Position numbers and translations under genes: made by a program. A DNA stretch of 64,000 nt from a virus (Duplodnaviria; Caudoviricetes). The stretch's first letter is position 1, and each line of letters starts with the position of its first letter. Shown in pieces: positions 9,924 through 19,719 of this stretch. A model generated the notes under the pieces. It saw only the letters and a program-made list of their open reading frames with translations, was not told where the DNA came from and ran no database searches. Location: positions 42,040-106,039 of the IMG/VR virus record IMGVR_UViG_3300029288_002061. One strand, given 5' to 3'.

Positions 9924-11861
9924 CTACATCTTACTCGTGGCTTTGTTAGCCGCAATGTTAAACAGACCATTGAACACGCCTTCATTGGTACTCTTTTCAA
10001 TTTCCAGACGACCGTTGCTACGGCTCTTAGCAATGCCGGGAGCCTTGGTGAGGCTTTCAATCGTCTTTTGCTGCGCTTCGATAATGCTTTGGAGCTTCTG
10101 CACCTTGGAGTCAAACCCCTTGGCAAGCTCTGTAGCAAGACCCTTGACAAGATTCAGGGTTTCCTTCTTGGACTTGCCGAATTCATCGTCCTTACCCATC
10201 TGCGGGAGCTTTGCCGTAGCAGCGATAGCATTGCTGAGAACGTTCTTGGCTTCCGACGCCCCACCTTCCGGGCCTTCGGCAGACTTGGCATATTCGGGCT
10301 GCTTATCCGCACCGGTAACGTTGGTGGAGGCAATGTCGGTCGAACCGCTAACCTTGTCATCATTGGCATCCATGAAGTCACCACCGGGGGCGAACACGCC
10401 TTGTTCCTTAATCAGCTTCGCCATTCCCATAACCGACTGGGGAACAAACTTTTCCTTGAGGACTTGACCGGCGAGAACAAACCGGACATCACTCAGGGCT
10501 TTGGCGAGCGTCATACCAACGCGGTCGGCCTTCTTGGGGTTCAAACCCTTGGCAAGCGGGGTGTGCTGCATCAGAAGAGCGATTTCGGAGAGCATACCGG
10601 CCACATTGACCGTCTTTTGCTGCTTCGCGAGCATCTTCTGCCGATGGGCCTTGAGGACAGCCTTGGCCGCCATAAGCTCTTCGTCAGACCATTCGCCGCC
10701 GTCGTTCATATCGACATCCGCGCCCATGTCCATTTCACCGCCCATGCCACCCATACCGTCGTCCATTCCCATGCCGTCATCCATACCGGCATCGGCAACA
10801 GCGGCGTCCGCGCCTTCCAGCTCTTCCATACCTTTGTCCATCTCATCAGCGACCGGGGCGGGAGCCGCACCAGCGTCACCAAAGAGTTCACCGGATTCAC
10901 CGGCACCGGCATCAACGGGAGCGACCGTACCGGCATTGACTTCAGCGGCAGGATCAATCACATCGCCACCAGCATTCGCGTCAGTAGCGGCTTGCATCAT
11001 AGCATCGTCACCAGCTACCGCGTCACCTCCAACGTTGTCTTCCAGCATGGCACCTTCGTCCTCTGCGAGAAAACTGTCCAACGGGAAACCGTCCTGTTGG
11101 GTGTTGGGATCTTCCGCAATGTCCTTCATGAGTTTCGCCATCGAGTTACCTCCATTTTTAATGAGCTTTCCTATCTGGGCAAGAAATTGAGTTCCTGTAC
11201 TGACATCCTTTGTAAGTCCTTCTATTTCTTGACCTTCTACCTTTTGATTATCACTATCAGAAATATCCTTTTCAAGCGATGTCGGTTGAAGGCCATCGAA
11301 GGCGTTCAATTCTTGTAGCGACTTCATAACCGCTCCGATAAAACCGGTACGGGGGTTGGCAGCCATTTCCTTTCGGGTACAGGCTACGTGGTCAAGAGCG
11401 ACTTTGTTGATCTGGCGAACCATCTTGCCGGATTTGTCAAAAGCCACGCCGATTGCATCTTTTTCTGTGTGGGGAACGGAACCGCCGATACTGAGCTGTT
11501 TGGCACAATTCCCGTCCAAGACTTCCTTGTAAAGAGAACGGGCTTCCGGGAAGGAATCGTCAAGCTCAATGTCTACCATGACTTTCCAGAAAGGAGAGCC
11601 ATTCTTGTCTTTATCCATAATGAGATTTGCGTCAACTGTGCGGCCAAAACCAAAGGTAGAACGGTGATTATCAATAAGGTCAACGCCCTTCTTGAACTGT
11701 TCTACCATTCCCTGCAAGGCTTTTTGTGTCATCTGATCGTTTTCAAGATCGGTAAGGCTGTCACTCACAATGGCTGTGACGTGCGGCTTTCCCTTATCGT
11801 CCGTATAAGCCTTGGACAGATTGGTTGTGGCGACCCATTTTGCCAATGCCAATTCCGCCAT
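9924..11861 (-). CDS. Prohead protease fused to an acidic scaffold region
   Basis: VSDSLTDLENDQMT, HRSTFGFG, QLSIGG and LDHVA...AANPRT motifs; D/G/M-rich middle and coiled-coil end. Confidence 0.85.
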   Translation of the reverse strand: MAELALAKWVATTNLSKAYTDDKGKPHVTAIVSDSLTDLENDQMTQKALQGMVEQFKKGVDLIDNHRSTFGFGRTVDANLIMDKDKNGSPFWKVMVDIELDDSFPEARSLYKEVLDGNCAKQLSIGGSVPHTEKDAIGVAFDKSGKMVRQINKVALDHVACTRKEMAANPRTGFIGAVMKSLQELNAFDGLQPTSLEKDISDSDNQKVEGQEIEGLTKDVSTGTQFLAQIGKLIKNGGNSMAKLMKDIAEDPNTQQDGFPLDSFLAEDEGAMLEDNVGGDAVAGDDAMMQAATDANAGGDVIDPAAEVNAGTVAPVDAGAGESGELFGDAGAAPAPVADEMDKGMEELEGADAAVADAGMDDGMGMDDGMGGMGGEMDMGADVDMNDGGEWSDEELMAAKAVLKAHRQKMLAKQQKTVNVAGMLSEIALLMQHTPLAKGLNPKKADRVGMTLAKALSDVRFVLAGQVLKEKFVPQSVMGMAKLIKEQGVFAPGGDFMDANDDKVSGSTDIASTNVTGADKQPEYAKSAEGPEGGASEAKNVLSNAIAATAKLPQMGKDDEFGKSKKETLNLVKGLATELAKGFDSKVQKLQSIIEAQQKTIESLTKAPGIAKSRSNGRLEIEKSTNEGVFNGLFNIAANKATSKM

Positions 11862-11864
11862 GTT

Positions 11865-13790
11865 TTACTCCTTATCACTGATTACCGATTTGATGAGAAG
11901 ATCTATTAGAATCTTCTTTTCCACCGGAAGACCACTACTTTCGATCATGCTTTGGATCTTCATAAGTTCAATGTTACCATAGGTATTACGGTTATATCCA
12001 CTGCCAACCTCTGCGGTCACTTCTTTTTCAGCATTTTCGTCTTGACCGCCTTGGTCTTGGGCTTCTCCGGCATTGTCTCCAAGTCCGCCGAAAATGTCAT
12101 CCAAACCCATTGCGTCTCCGGCACCCATATCCATACCGCCGCCCATTCCACCGCCCATACCGGGCATTCCGCCACCGGCTCCGGGCTGTTGCTGGCCTTG
12201 TTGCTGGATCTTGTTCATTTCCTTGGTATAAAGACGTTCATTCTTCCAGTCATCCTTGACAGCTTCGGACTGGTGGAGCGTCATCTGGGCCATACTGACC
12301 TGAATCGGCTTATTGGCGAAAGCATAATCCATCGGATAAGGATCTTTACCGATTGATTCCCTGAGTTCATTCGGGGTCAACGCGCCAAGAGCGGCATAGG
12401 TCTGATCCATGCGGGCCAAATCCAGAGGATCTGTAAGCTTCATTCGTTCAAACCGGAAAGTAACTACGATTTCGTCCGATTTAAGTCCAAGAAGGGCCGG
12501 AATGAGCTTTTGGTTGATAATGTATTCCTTTTCCAACCGATCCGGCTCAAATTCCTGTTCATTGGTGATTTCGCGGCTACAGGCCGCCGATGCCCTATTG
12601 GTAGAGTCACTGGCAAAGAACACCTGACCGATACCAAAACACTCCCGGATTTCCTCGTCATTGGCTTCCCGGTAGGTCTGGAACGAGGCGTCTTCAGTAA
12701 CGCCTACCGTGAGGGGTTTTAGGTCAATGGTCGGGCCGCCGCCGGACTTGTCAAAGCCTGTATTCTGTTGTTCCGCTTGGATAATCAGGCAGTTATGGGA
12801 CTTTTCCAGTCCAAGGGACTTACCCTTGAAATAATCCTCGATCTGTTGCAGGGTTTCGGCACCCAGTTTTCCGCCCGATACCATGACCGCCATACGGGGA
12901 ACCGCGTCATTCTCAAAGAATTTGACATTCCGGATAGCCGCAAATCTGTTACCAGTAATCGCCGGGGCTGCCGAGATATAACGGGGCGCGCCGTACCAGT
13001 AATTCATGGGTGTGTAGAGCCGGAAATGAATGACTTCGGTAGCCATATCATCAGGATCAACGTTGGAGTCTTTGAAATACTCACCGGTACTGGCCGACAT
13101 CGGTCGGGTATCACCGAATTCCTTGAAATACACCTTGTCATTGCCTTGAATCTGGACAAATCCGTGTACTTCTTTATCCCCGTTATCGTCTGTAGTCACC
13201 CGCTTCCGCATCGTAATGGCCGGAATATGGTAGATATTAGTGATTATCCCATAAATGTTTCTGACAATTTCGAGATAGCCGTTACCGGTGGTTTCTTCGT
13301 CAACTTTGAGGTTGTAGAAGATTGAATTGGTCGGCATGTCCTCATTAGGGTTGGAAAACAGGCGATCAATGATAGCGGTTTGCTGTTTTACCCGTTCTTT
13401 GACCGTTTCTTCCGTCTCTTTGGTGATTTTGAGCTTAGGTTCAATGTGCCAACCCAAACCGAGCGTATTTCTAGCATAAGTACGGATTGACCTACCAAGA
13501 CGGGTGTTATTTTCAACCGTAGCGGCTAGGACTTCCGGATTATGCTGGGGTTCGACATATTCACCACCGGCAAGCTCTTTGAAAGGATCCCCGGTAAGTT
13601 GACGGCTGGCCGCCGCGCCGGTATCCCGGTAGACCTGTTTCCCTGTTCTGTCATCACGATAATGAGCGAGTCTGTTGTTCCCTTTGGACAAGTGAAGCTG
13701 TCCGAGTACCCCCATCATATTGTCAACAGAGGTATCTCCGAGCCGCATCTTCTCAATAGGGCTGACTTCAAGGGCGTCTTCTTCAGACAT
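11865..13790 (-). CDS. Portal protein
   Basis: DEETTGNGYLEIVRN, EVIHFR...WYGAP, FFENDAVP and LTPNELRE motifs. Confidence 0.92.
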   Translation of the reverse strand: MSEEDALEVSPIEKMRLGDTSVDNMMGVLGQLHLSKGNNRLAHYRDDRTGKQVYRDTGAAASRQLTGDPFKELAGGEYVEPQHNPEVLAATVENNTRLGRSIRTYARNTLGLGWHIEPKLKITKETEETVKERVKQQTAIIDRLFSNPNEDMPTNSIFYNLKVDEETTGNGYLEIVRNIYGIITNIYHIPAITMRKRVTTDDNGDKEVHGFVQIQGNDKVYFKEFGDTRPMSASTGEYFKDSNVDPDDMATEVIHFRLYTPMNYWYGAPRYISAAPAITGNRFAAIRNVKFFENDAVPRMAVMVSGGKLGAETLQQIEDYFKGKSLGLEKSHNCLIIQAEQQNTGFDKSGGGPTIDLKPLTVGVTEDASFQTYREANDEEIRECFGIGQVFFASDSTNRASAACSREITNEQEFEPDRLEKEYIINQKLIPALLGLKSDEIVVTFRFERMKLTDPLDLARMDQTYAALGALTPNELRESIGKDPYPMDYAFANKPIQVSMAQMTLHQSEAVKDDWKNERLYTKEMNKIQQQGQQQPGAGGGMPGMGGGMGGGMDMGAGDAMGLDDIFGGLGDNAGEAQDQGGQDENAEKEVTAEVGSGYNRNTYGNIELMKIQSMIESSGLPVEKKILIDLLIKSVISDKE

Positions 13791-14098
13791 TATCCGATAT
13801 TATCCTCATAGACGAGACGGACGGCACAACCGGCGGTGAGTTCACACGTAACTACCGAATTGCCTACCGTAATAGGGAAAGGATTATCTACCGTTGGAAG
13901 GATACGTTCATCCGTGAAAGTATCTTCCAGAATGGTATAGACGTTGGGTGATACGCCACATTTGAGGGTTACAGTCCCGGTTCCGGCACCAAACATAGCC
14001 AGAATACGCCAAGGTGAGGCCGAGTATTGAAACGTCGGCCCCACCTGTTGCGTTACGCCAGCAACCCCGCCAAAGACTTCCTGCACGACCACTGACAT
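13790..14098 (-). CDS. Hypothetical virion protein
   Basis: ORF with RBS whose stop overlaps the portal start. Confidence 0.6.
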   Translation of the reverse strand: MSVVVQEVFGGVAGVTQQVGPTFQYSASPWRILAMFGAGTGTVTLKCGVSPNVYTILEDTFTDERILPTVDNPFPITVGNSVVTCELTAGCAVRLVYEDNIG

Positions 14099-14112
14099 AA
14101 TCGGCCTCTCTC

Positions 14113-14340
14113 TTAGTAAATGAACGTGATGTACTTGAGCGGGCCGCGAGCGGCAAGAGCAGCCTTAAACGCGGCAAAGTCGGCAGACGCGGAGGTAATC
14201 GTGTAAAGGTCATTGACTTCCTGAGCGAGAGCAACAACCGCATCGCGGGTGACTTGCATATCGCCAAGACCTTCCGAGTAATTACCCTTGATCGTGACAA
14301 CTTGGCTATCGCCCAGAACCTTCTTGTGAGACATCGACAT
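14113..14340 (-). CDS. Hypothetical protein
   Basis: Likely start MSMSHKK at 14340 after AAGGAG. Confidence 0.6.
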   Translation of the reverse strand: MSMSHKKVLGDSQVVTIKGNYSEGLGDMQVTRDAVVALAQEVNDLYTITSASADFAAFKAALAARGPLKYITFIY

Positions 14341-14391
14341 CGTAAGACTCCTTTTTCTGTTTTTGTAGACAACGTGAACAAACACACTTAG

Positions 14392-14407
14392 TTGCAATAA
14401 TAGCAAG
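14392..14407 (-). promoter_or_regulatory. Class II promoter-like motif CTTGCTATTATTGCAA
   Basis: Identical 16-mer at 53375; both have AACTTCCAAG upstream. Precedes the head operon. Confidence 0.6.
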
Positions 14408-14492
14408 GACTTCTACTAGGGTGCCTTGGAAGTTACTACTTTACCCTAACCGTTAATCTTACATTTTCAACGACTTACATTCAACAACGTTA

Positions 14493-14717
14493 CTATTCCG
14501 GGATATTATCCCGCATTATTCTCCAAGTCCCCGTGCTATAGGCTTCGTCCCAGAATATCAGGTCTCCAGCCTTGAAAACGATGCTTGTTATGGGACAAGT
14601 GAAAGCCGTATCTACCAGAAAGGCATATCCGGTATAGAGGATCTTCCTATCCGGTATTGATGCCGGAGAAGAAGCAATCCCGTGTAAATCAATGGGATAA
14701 TCGCACGGATTAGCCAT
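14493..14717 (-). CDS. Small fibre-like protein
   Basis: FKAGDLIFWD...GTW motif shared with neighbouring fibre-like ORFs. Confidence 0.5.
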   Translation of the reverse strand: MANPCDYPIDLHGIASSPASIPDRKILYTGYAFLVDTAFTCPITSIVFKAGDLIFWDEAYSTGTWRIMRDNIPE

Positions 14718-14883
14718 TGTTTTCCTCCGTAGGTTCCGGGAACATCTCGCTTATGGAACTGAAAGCTCTTCTGAGAATAAGACCGGCTTTGATCTTTTCC
14801 GGGTTTGAAAGAGATTCCCAAGCTGCTTTCAGTGCCGCCATATTGGTATCAGCTTCGGTCAGAAAGTCATCAAGTGACGCCAT
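14710..14883 (-). CDS. Small hypothetical protein (57 aa)
   Basis: Manual translation MASLDDFLTEADTNMAALKAAW...; AGGAGG RBS; below the track cutoff. Confidence 0.55.
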   Translation of the reverse strand: MASLDDFLTEADTNMAALKAAWESLSNPEKIKAGLILRRAFSSISEMFPEPTEENNG

Positions 14884-14892
14884 TTTCGCCTC

Positions 14893-16122
14893 CTAACATA
14901 CCGGAACATCAGTAGGAACGTCCGGTACAGAACTTGTTGTGGTTACGCAGTTTGCATAATAATCCCATACCGACCAAGGCTGTTCAAAACCCATAGTATC
15001 CACGAAATCAGGATTCGGGGTACTCCAAGTCAATGTCCCGCAGTCATAGTAGCTCGACCAGTAGTAATAGCATGACGGCGTTACCGCCGGTGGGGCCGGG
15101 ACTGCCGGAGTTATTGTGACTTTGACATAATATACGCCCCAGTCTGTCCAATCCTGTACCTCCCCTGTGGTATCAACGTAGGTAAGCGTTACAGACCAAG
15201 AGCTTGTAAAGCAGTTATACATGGCTTGCCAGTAGAAATAGCACGTTGGTACTGGCAGAATGCCTAGGTCTGGTGAAAGATAAGACTGTTTATTAACTCT
15301 TACATATCCAGTAGGATCGTTATCAAACCACGGATATTCCGGGCCGGTGCTTGACGATGAGGACAGTGACCATCTGGCATTTGCGCAATCATAGGTCGCC
15401 ACCCATTTAAGGTAGGATATGACGGGCATAAAAGAGCATGTCGGGGTTATCGCCACGGTACCGGAGCTGTTAAAAGTTACGAAAGATACGTTGATCGACA
15501 ACGGCTCAAAGGAAAATGTCAGCGTCTTCAGATCATTGGATGTTATGCTCCCGCCGGATTGGATATATGGAATTCTGGCCGCGTCCAAGGCATACGTGAG
15601 CTGTTCCGCAGTTACCGTACCGTTCAACACAACGCTATAGCTACCCACGGTGAGCGTAAAAGAGACACAATCCACCAAACTTGTAGTGGGGATAATGACA
15701 AATCCGTGTGCGACAGTTAGGCTGTTTGAGGTTATTGTCGGAACCTCTTTGGACAGTACAAGAAGGCCGTTTGATACCGTAGTACCGAGGGTAATGGTAG
15801 TTGGCCTGCTAGTAAAGTCCAGTTGGCTTGTATAGGCGGAGTACGCCGGAACCGACCCTGAGTTGATAGGGGTACTGCATACGTATGCGGTCGCTATACA
15901 ATCCGGACAATCGTCATAAGTCGAATAATCGTATTGAGATGTGTAATCTTCCCAGTCGCCCGTTCGGTAGCCGGTTACATCGTGACTACTTAGGTTATAG
16001 CATACCCGGCCAGAACGGAAGTTCGGAATCGGTATGGCATTAACTGGAAGTCTGATCTGTACCATTATTACACCCGCAATCTGGAAGTTTTCCGGGTAGA
16101 TAGTGGCGGCAGGATCCGCCAC
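14893..16122 (-). CDS. Cys/Trp/Thr-rich repeat protein (putative decoration or fibre)
   Basis: Three W-x3-Y-x-C-x4-W repeats; the true start may be ATG 16065. Confidence 0.65.
   Translation of the reverse strand: MADPAATIYPENFQIAGVIMVQIRLPVNAIPIPNFRSGRVCYNLSSHDVTGYRTGDWEDYTSQYDYSTYDDCPDCIATAYVCSTPINSGSVPAYSAYTSQLDFTSRPTTITLGTTVSNGLLVLSKEVPTITSNSLTVAHGFVIIPTTSLVDCVSFTLTVGSYSVVLNGTVTAEQLTYALDAARIPYIQSGGSITSNDLKTLTFSFEPLSINVSFVTFNSSGTVAITPTCSFMPVISYLKWVATYDCANARWSLSSSSSTGPEYPWFDNDPTGYVRVNKQSYLSPDLGILPVPTCYFYWQAMYNCFTSSWSVTLTYVDTTGEVQDWTDWGVYYVKVTITPAVPAPPAVTPSCYYYWSSYYDCGTLTWSTPNPDFVDTMGFEQPWSVWDYYANCVTTTSSVPDVPTDVPVC
15874..15891. repeat. Palindrome copy 3 (in CDS)
   Basis: ACTGCATACGTATGCGGT. 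Confidence 0.9.
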
Positions 16123-16357
16123 TGATCTTCGGACATACTTCGGTTATAACCGTCTTGTCGCTACATGATTTACCGTCTTCTCCAAGGTACTGACAATTTG
16201 GCACGTAAGAAGGTTTATAAATACTTGCAAGATACTTCTCTGCATCACCTTTACAGGCTTTTAGACATACGTTGATATCCGGCATACCGCCAAACTTATT
16301 GAGTTTGCACCGGATAAGACCTTCTTTGTCTGTAGCTTCCATACATGGGTATTCCAT
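16040..16357 (-). CDS. Cys-rich small protein
   Basis: 10 Cys in 105 aa; AGGAG RBS. Confidence 0.55.
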   Translation of the reverse strand: MEYPCMEATDKEGLIRCKLNKFGGMPDINVCLKACKGDAEKYLASIYKPSYVPNCQYLGEDGKSCSDKTVITEVCPKISGGSCRHYLPGKLPDCGCNNGTDQTSS

Positions 16358-16367
16358 GTTGTTCTCC

Positions 16368-17105
16368 TTATGGTATTACGGCTTCTATAACAAAAGAAGA
16401 CGGGGCTAGCGCATTGCTTGTACCAGCAATCCCATAGCCAGAAGCATCCGTCCCACAAGGCAACGCCGTATACACGCCAGCGGGCGTAACGCCTGTTGTT
16501 TTAATCCATACGTGAGTAGAACTCCAACTCCACCCCGATCCAGAAGAAGACATAGAAAAGTAGAATACCCACGCTACCCCCGGTTTAAGATGTAGATACA
16601 TACCCGCACCACAACCGGAAGGGCCGCAACCTTTTGGAGCTAGCAATGTTCCCGGTATCCTAATGGGGGATGACTCATTTACATAATCTACAGTCCACTT
16701 CCAATTACACTGTGAGATTGGTTGTGCATTTATTAGATCAGTCATCAATGGTTGATCTTCAGACACAACCTGAGTGAACGCGTCCGGACATGGTTGGAAA
16801 TTAGCAAAGTTTAGTCTATATTGTCTATAGATAGGATCTAACGTATATCCGCAAGAAGGGATAGTGCTGTTTGCCACCTGTGTAAAAGTATCAGTAGTAC
16901 ACGGGCATGTCGGTGGGACGGACACCGCGTTTTGACAATCAGAACACGTAGCATAAGTACCGAAGTCATTATACGGCGTGTCTACAATTTCGTCCCACGA
17001 CGTATCAGGCGTGCCTTCAACGCCCCAGTCGGTTCTACGATAACACACCCCGTTTGAGCGGAAGAATTGGATATCTGACGTTGTGTGTGGAAGAATAATT
17101 GCCAT
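16368..17105 (-). CDS. Cys-rich protein
   Basis: FRSNGVCY...TY..C.DC shared with 14893..16122. Confidence 0.6.
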   Translation of the reverse strand: MAIILPHTTSDIQFFRSNGVCYRRTDWGVEGTPDTSWDEIVDTPYNDFGTYATCSDCQNAVSVPPTCPCTTDTFTQVANSTIPSCGYTLDPIYRQYRLNFANFQPCPDAFTQVVSEDQPLMTDLINAQPISQCNWKWTVDYVNESSPIRIPGTLLAPKGCGPSGCGAGMYLHLKPGVAWVFYFSMSSSGSGWSWSSTHVWIKTTGVTPAGVYTALPCGTDASGYGIAGTSNALAPSSFVIEAVIP

Positions 17106-17114
17106 TTTGCTCTC

Positions 17115-17831
17115 CTATGCGCATACTTCATAAATATCCACCAAAACTTCCGGCGGTACTGGGTCGTCACAAACTTCATAAATATCAACAAGATCCACAG
17201 GATCCGTGCAACGCTCATAAATATCCACCGATTCCGTACAACTGTCATAGATATCAAGCTGTTCCGGACATACCGGTGTTACTGTTGGGGCCGCCGGTGG
17301 AGTGGAGGATAAGGTAGTCCGTGTGCAAGATAATCCGGCGCATGACCAATCCGATTCCGGACCTATCTTATCCACACTTACCAGAACAACCGTCCAAGTG
17401 TGGGTATCACATGAATATGTGGCACCCCAGTGATAATAATCGGGTTCTGTGTCACATCTTGACAGCTCCCACCAATCTCCATGATACCAAATGATTGTCT
17501 GTCCATCCAAAAAGGTCTTCCCGGTATTGGTCTTTTCCGGGTTTCCGTCTATGGTATCCGCCGTGATTATGTAGAGCATCCCGTCTTGGACTTCCAAACG
17601 GGAAGGAAATTCATTGGATTTGGATATGTTCCCGGCATAACAGAAAGGAATCCTATATCCGACCGCTTCATACCGGTTTAGGTCATTCAGGACTTGTACC
17701 GACCCTGACCGGATAATTTGCTGCATAAACGGATTTACAACACTTGATATGTAAGAGCTGAAACACCCCGGAAAGAGTGTTTCGCCTGTGGGGAGGTCTA
17801 TGATGTTCTTTGACTTGTTATACAGATACAT
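17115..17831 (-). CDS. Modular Cys-rich protein with DIY(D/E)-x-C tandem repeats
   Basis: Four DIY(D/E)xC units at the C-terminus and one W-x3-Y-x-C-x4-W unit. Confidence 0.6.
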   Translation of the reverse strand: MYLYNKSKNIIDLPTGETLFPGCFSSYISSVVNPFMQQIIRSGSVQVLNDLNRYEAVGYRIPFCYAGNISKSNEFPSRLEVQDGMLYIITADTIDGNPEKTNTGKTFLDGQTIIWYHGDWWELSRCDTEPDYYHWGATYSCDTHTWTVVLVSVDKIGPESDWSCAGLSCTRTTLSSTPPAAPTVTPVCPEQLDIYDSCTESVDIYERCTDPVDLVDIYEVCDDPVPPEVLVDIYEVCA

Positions 17832-17833
17832 AG

Positions 17834-18202
17834 TTATAACCCACAATATACATACCAGTTAGAGCCATTATACAGCGCAATCCACCCGGTTTCCATGCTT
17901 TGTGCATCCGGAGTTGTGCAATTCTCGGACGCCGCTACCAGCCATCCCTTCTCCGGGCCTGTCGGGAATGTCCCCGTTTTGGCTAGACCTTTGTAGACAA
18001 GGCGACTGCATACGTTTGCAGTTTCAACCGAATCCAGTATCACAGCCGCCCTATTCCGGACGGCGCGCTGGACTTCCGGAGCCAAGGACTCTTCATCCGT
18101 GATTTCTTCACTGATTTCGTCCGGGAAAAGGATAATTCTATTCCCAGTAAGCGGGATATTCAGTGTGAGTACGGTAGATTGGATATTCTTGATATACGGC
18201 AT
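17834..18202 (-). CDS. Hypothetical virion protein
   Basis: N-terminus like 4293..4502; YNGSNW fibre-like end. Confidence 0.6.
   Translation of the reverse strand: MPYIKNIQSTVLTLNIPLTGNRIILFPDEISEEITDEESLAPEVQRAVRNRAAVILDSVETANVCSRLVYKGLAKTGTFPTGPEKGWLVAASENCTTPDAQSMETGWIALYNGSNWYVYCGL
18005..18022. repeat. Palindrome copy 4 (in CDS)
   Basis: ACTGCATACGTTTGCAGT. Confidence 0.93.
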
Positions 18203-18211
18203 GGCTACCTC

Positions 18212-18240
18212 AAAAATACCGGGGGATTGGCTACCCCCGG
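18212..18240 (-). terminator. Intrinsic terminator
   Basis: CCGGGGG / CCCCCGG stem followed by TATTTTT on the minus strand. Confidence 0.6.
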
Positions 18241-18252
18241 CGATTGAGAGTC

Positions 18253-19716
18253 TTAGGCAACGTAAGCTACTACGATGTTATCACCGGTTGTCAGATCACC
18301 ACTCAGGGTAACAGTCGGGCCACCAGCGGCATTGATGATGATCTTTTCCGCGTCCGTGGTAAGGTCGATTTCAAAGTCCGGAGTAACACCAGAAAGACCG
18401 CTTACCACGCTGTAGTTGGCCTGTTCCGGGCCGCCAAGCGGGAAAATCCGGACGCTTTGAGCGTTCTTGGGGATAAACGACCATCCAGAGATGTCGATAT
18501 AACCAGCGGTATTCTCACCAACGGTGATCGTGTGACCGACTTGCTTGGTAGATTCCGTACTGACACCGGCGATAGCGGTATCAATACCCTTTAGGTGATT
18601 GGTGATACCGGCATAGGTGATACTCGGCGTGTAATTTACCGGGGTGTATGTGGAATCCACAGGAACGCTTGAGCTATCCACCTGATTGGCACCAGAACCA
18701 AAGTCGATATGGGTTTCATTGATACCGTCGGCCTTGACATTCAATGTGCCAGAGTTATTCGTTACCGTGGCGTTATCAACCAAGATACCAGCACCATTGG
18801 AGTTGAGGTTGAGCGGAACAACCGTCGCTCCGGTTTCGGTATCCGGGTCAATCGCAAGCTGATCGGCAGAGCCACCAGCACCAACCGTAAGACCGCTGTT
18901 TGTGGCAAGGTCGATACCGACTTCATTGGTCGGGAGTTCCTTAAGACCGGCACCCATAACGACACTGAATTGGTTTCCAATCAGAGTAAGACCAGTCCCG
19001 GCTGTATATGTCTGACCACCGCCGAATTGTACGAAAGTTATGTCTGTGACACCAATCGTGATAGAAGTCGCGGTTTGAATAAATTGCTTATTGATGTTTG
19101 CAGATCCGTCTGCTACCATAACTGCCGCGCCTACAAGCTCTTCACCGGTGTTGGCATCGGCTGTACGCACCCATGCCGTTGTGGATACCTCATAGATACC
19201 GTTTTATGTTTCGTCTGTCTGATCTTTTACCAGAATGCGGTCGCCAGCAACAAGAGCCACGGTATCAACAGTCTGTTCACCGCTCAGTGTCAAATCAGAG
19301 CCAGCGGAAGCTGCCTTGACATAGTTCTTCCAGCTAATACCTTCGGCGATGGCATCGACGTAAGCCTTTGTAGTAGGTGCATTTGCATTAGAGCCGCCAG
19401 TGATGGTCGGGACAGTAATGGTTGCGCCGGTAAAATTGTGGATACCTGTCCAAACAAAGTTGCTTGACTGACTAATTTGCGTGGAAGTCACGCCACTGTT
19501 CGGAATATAGAGCTGACCGGAACCGTTCACATTGATGGTGGACGCATCTACTGTTGCACTCACGCCGTCAGCATCTACGGTAATACCACTGAGTTCCTTC
19601 GGCTTAACCGAGATAGCCGTCCCACCGGCACCTTGAAGACCGTTGCCAATGGCGGACGTGTTAATCTTCGCCGCTGTGACTGCGTTATTCGCAATCCACT
19701 TCGTTTGTGTCATCAT
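18253..19716 (-). CDS. Fibre/decoration protein interrupted by an in-frame TAA (19204-19206)
   Basis: Track ORFs 19204..19716 and 18253..19170 are in the same frame. The motif GDRILVKDQTDET*NGIYEVSTTAWVR runs across the stop. Confidence 0.75.
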
Positions 19717-19719
19717 CTC

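Noticed and set aside
2090-11909. Long plus-strand ORFs (e.g. 2090..4273, 8510..9376, 10068..11318)
   Set aside because: They are antisense shadows of codon-biased minus-strand structural genes, with no recognisable motifs.
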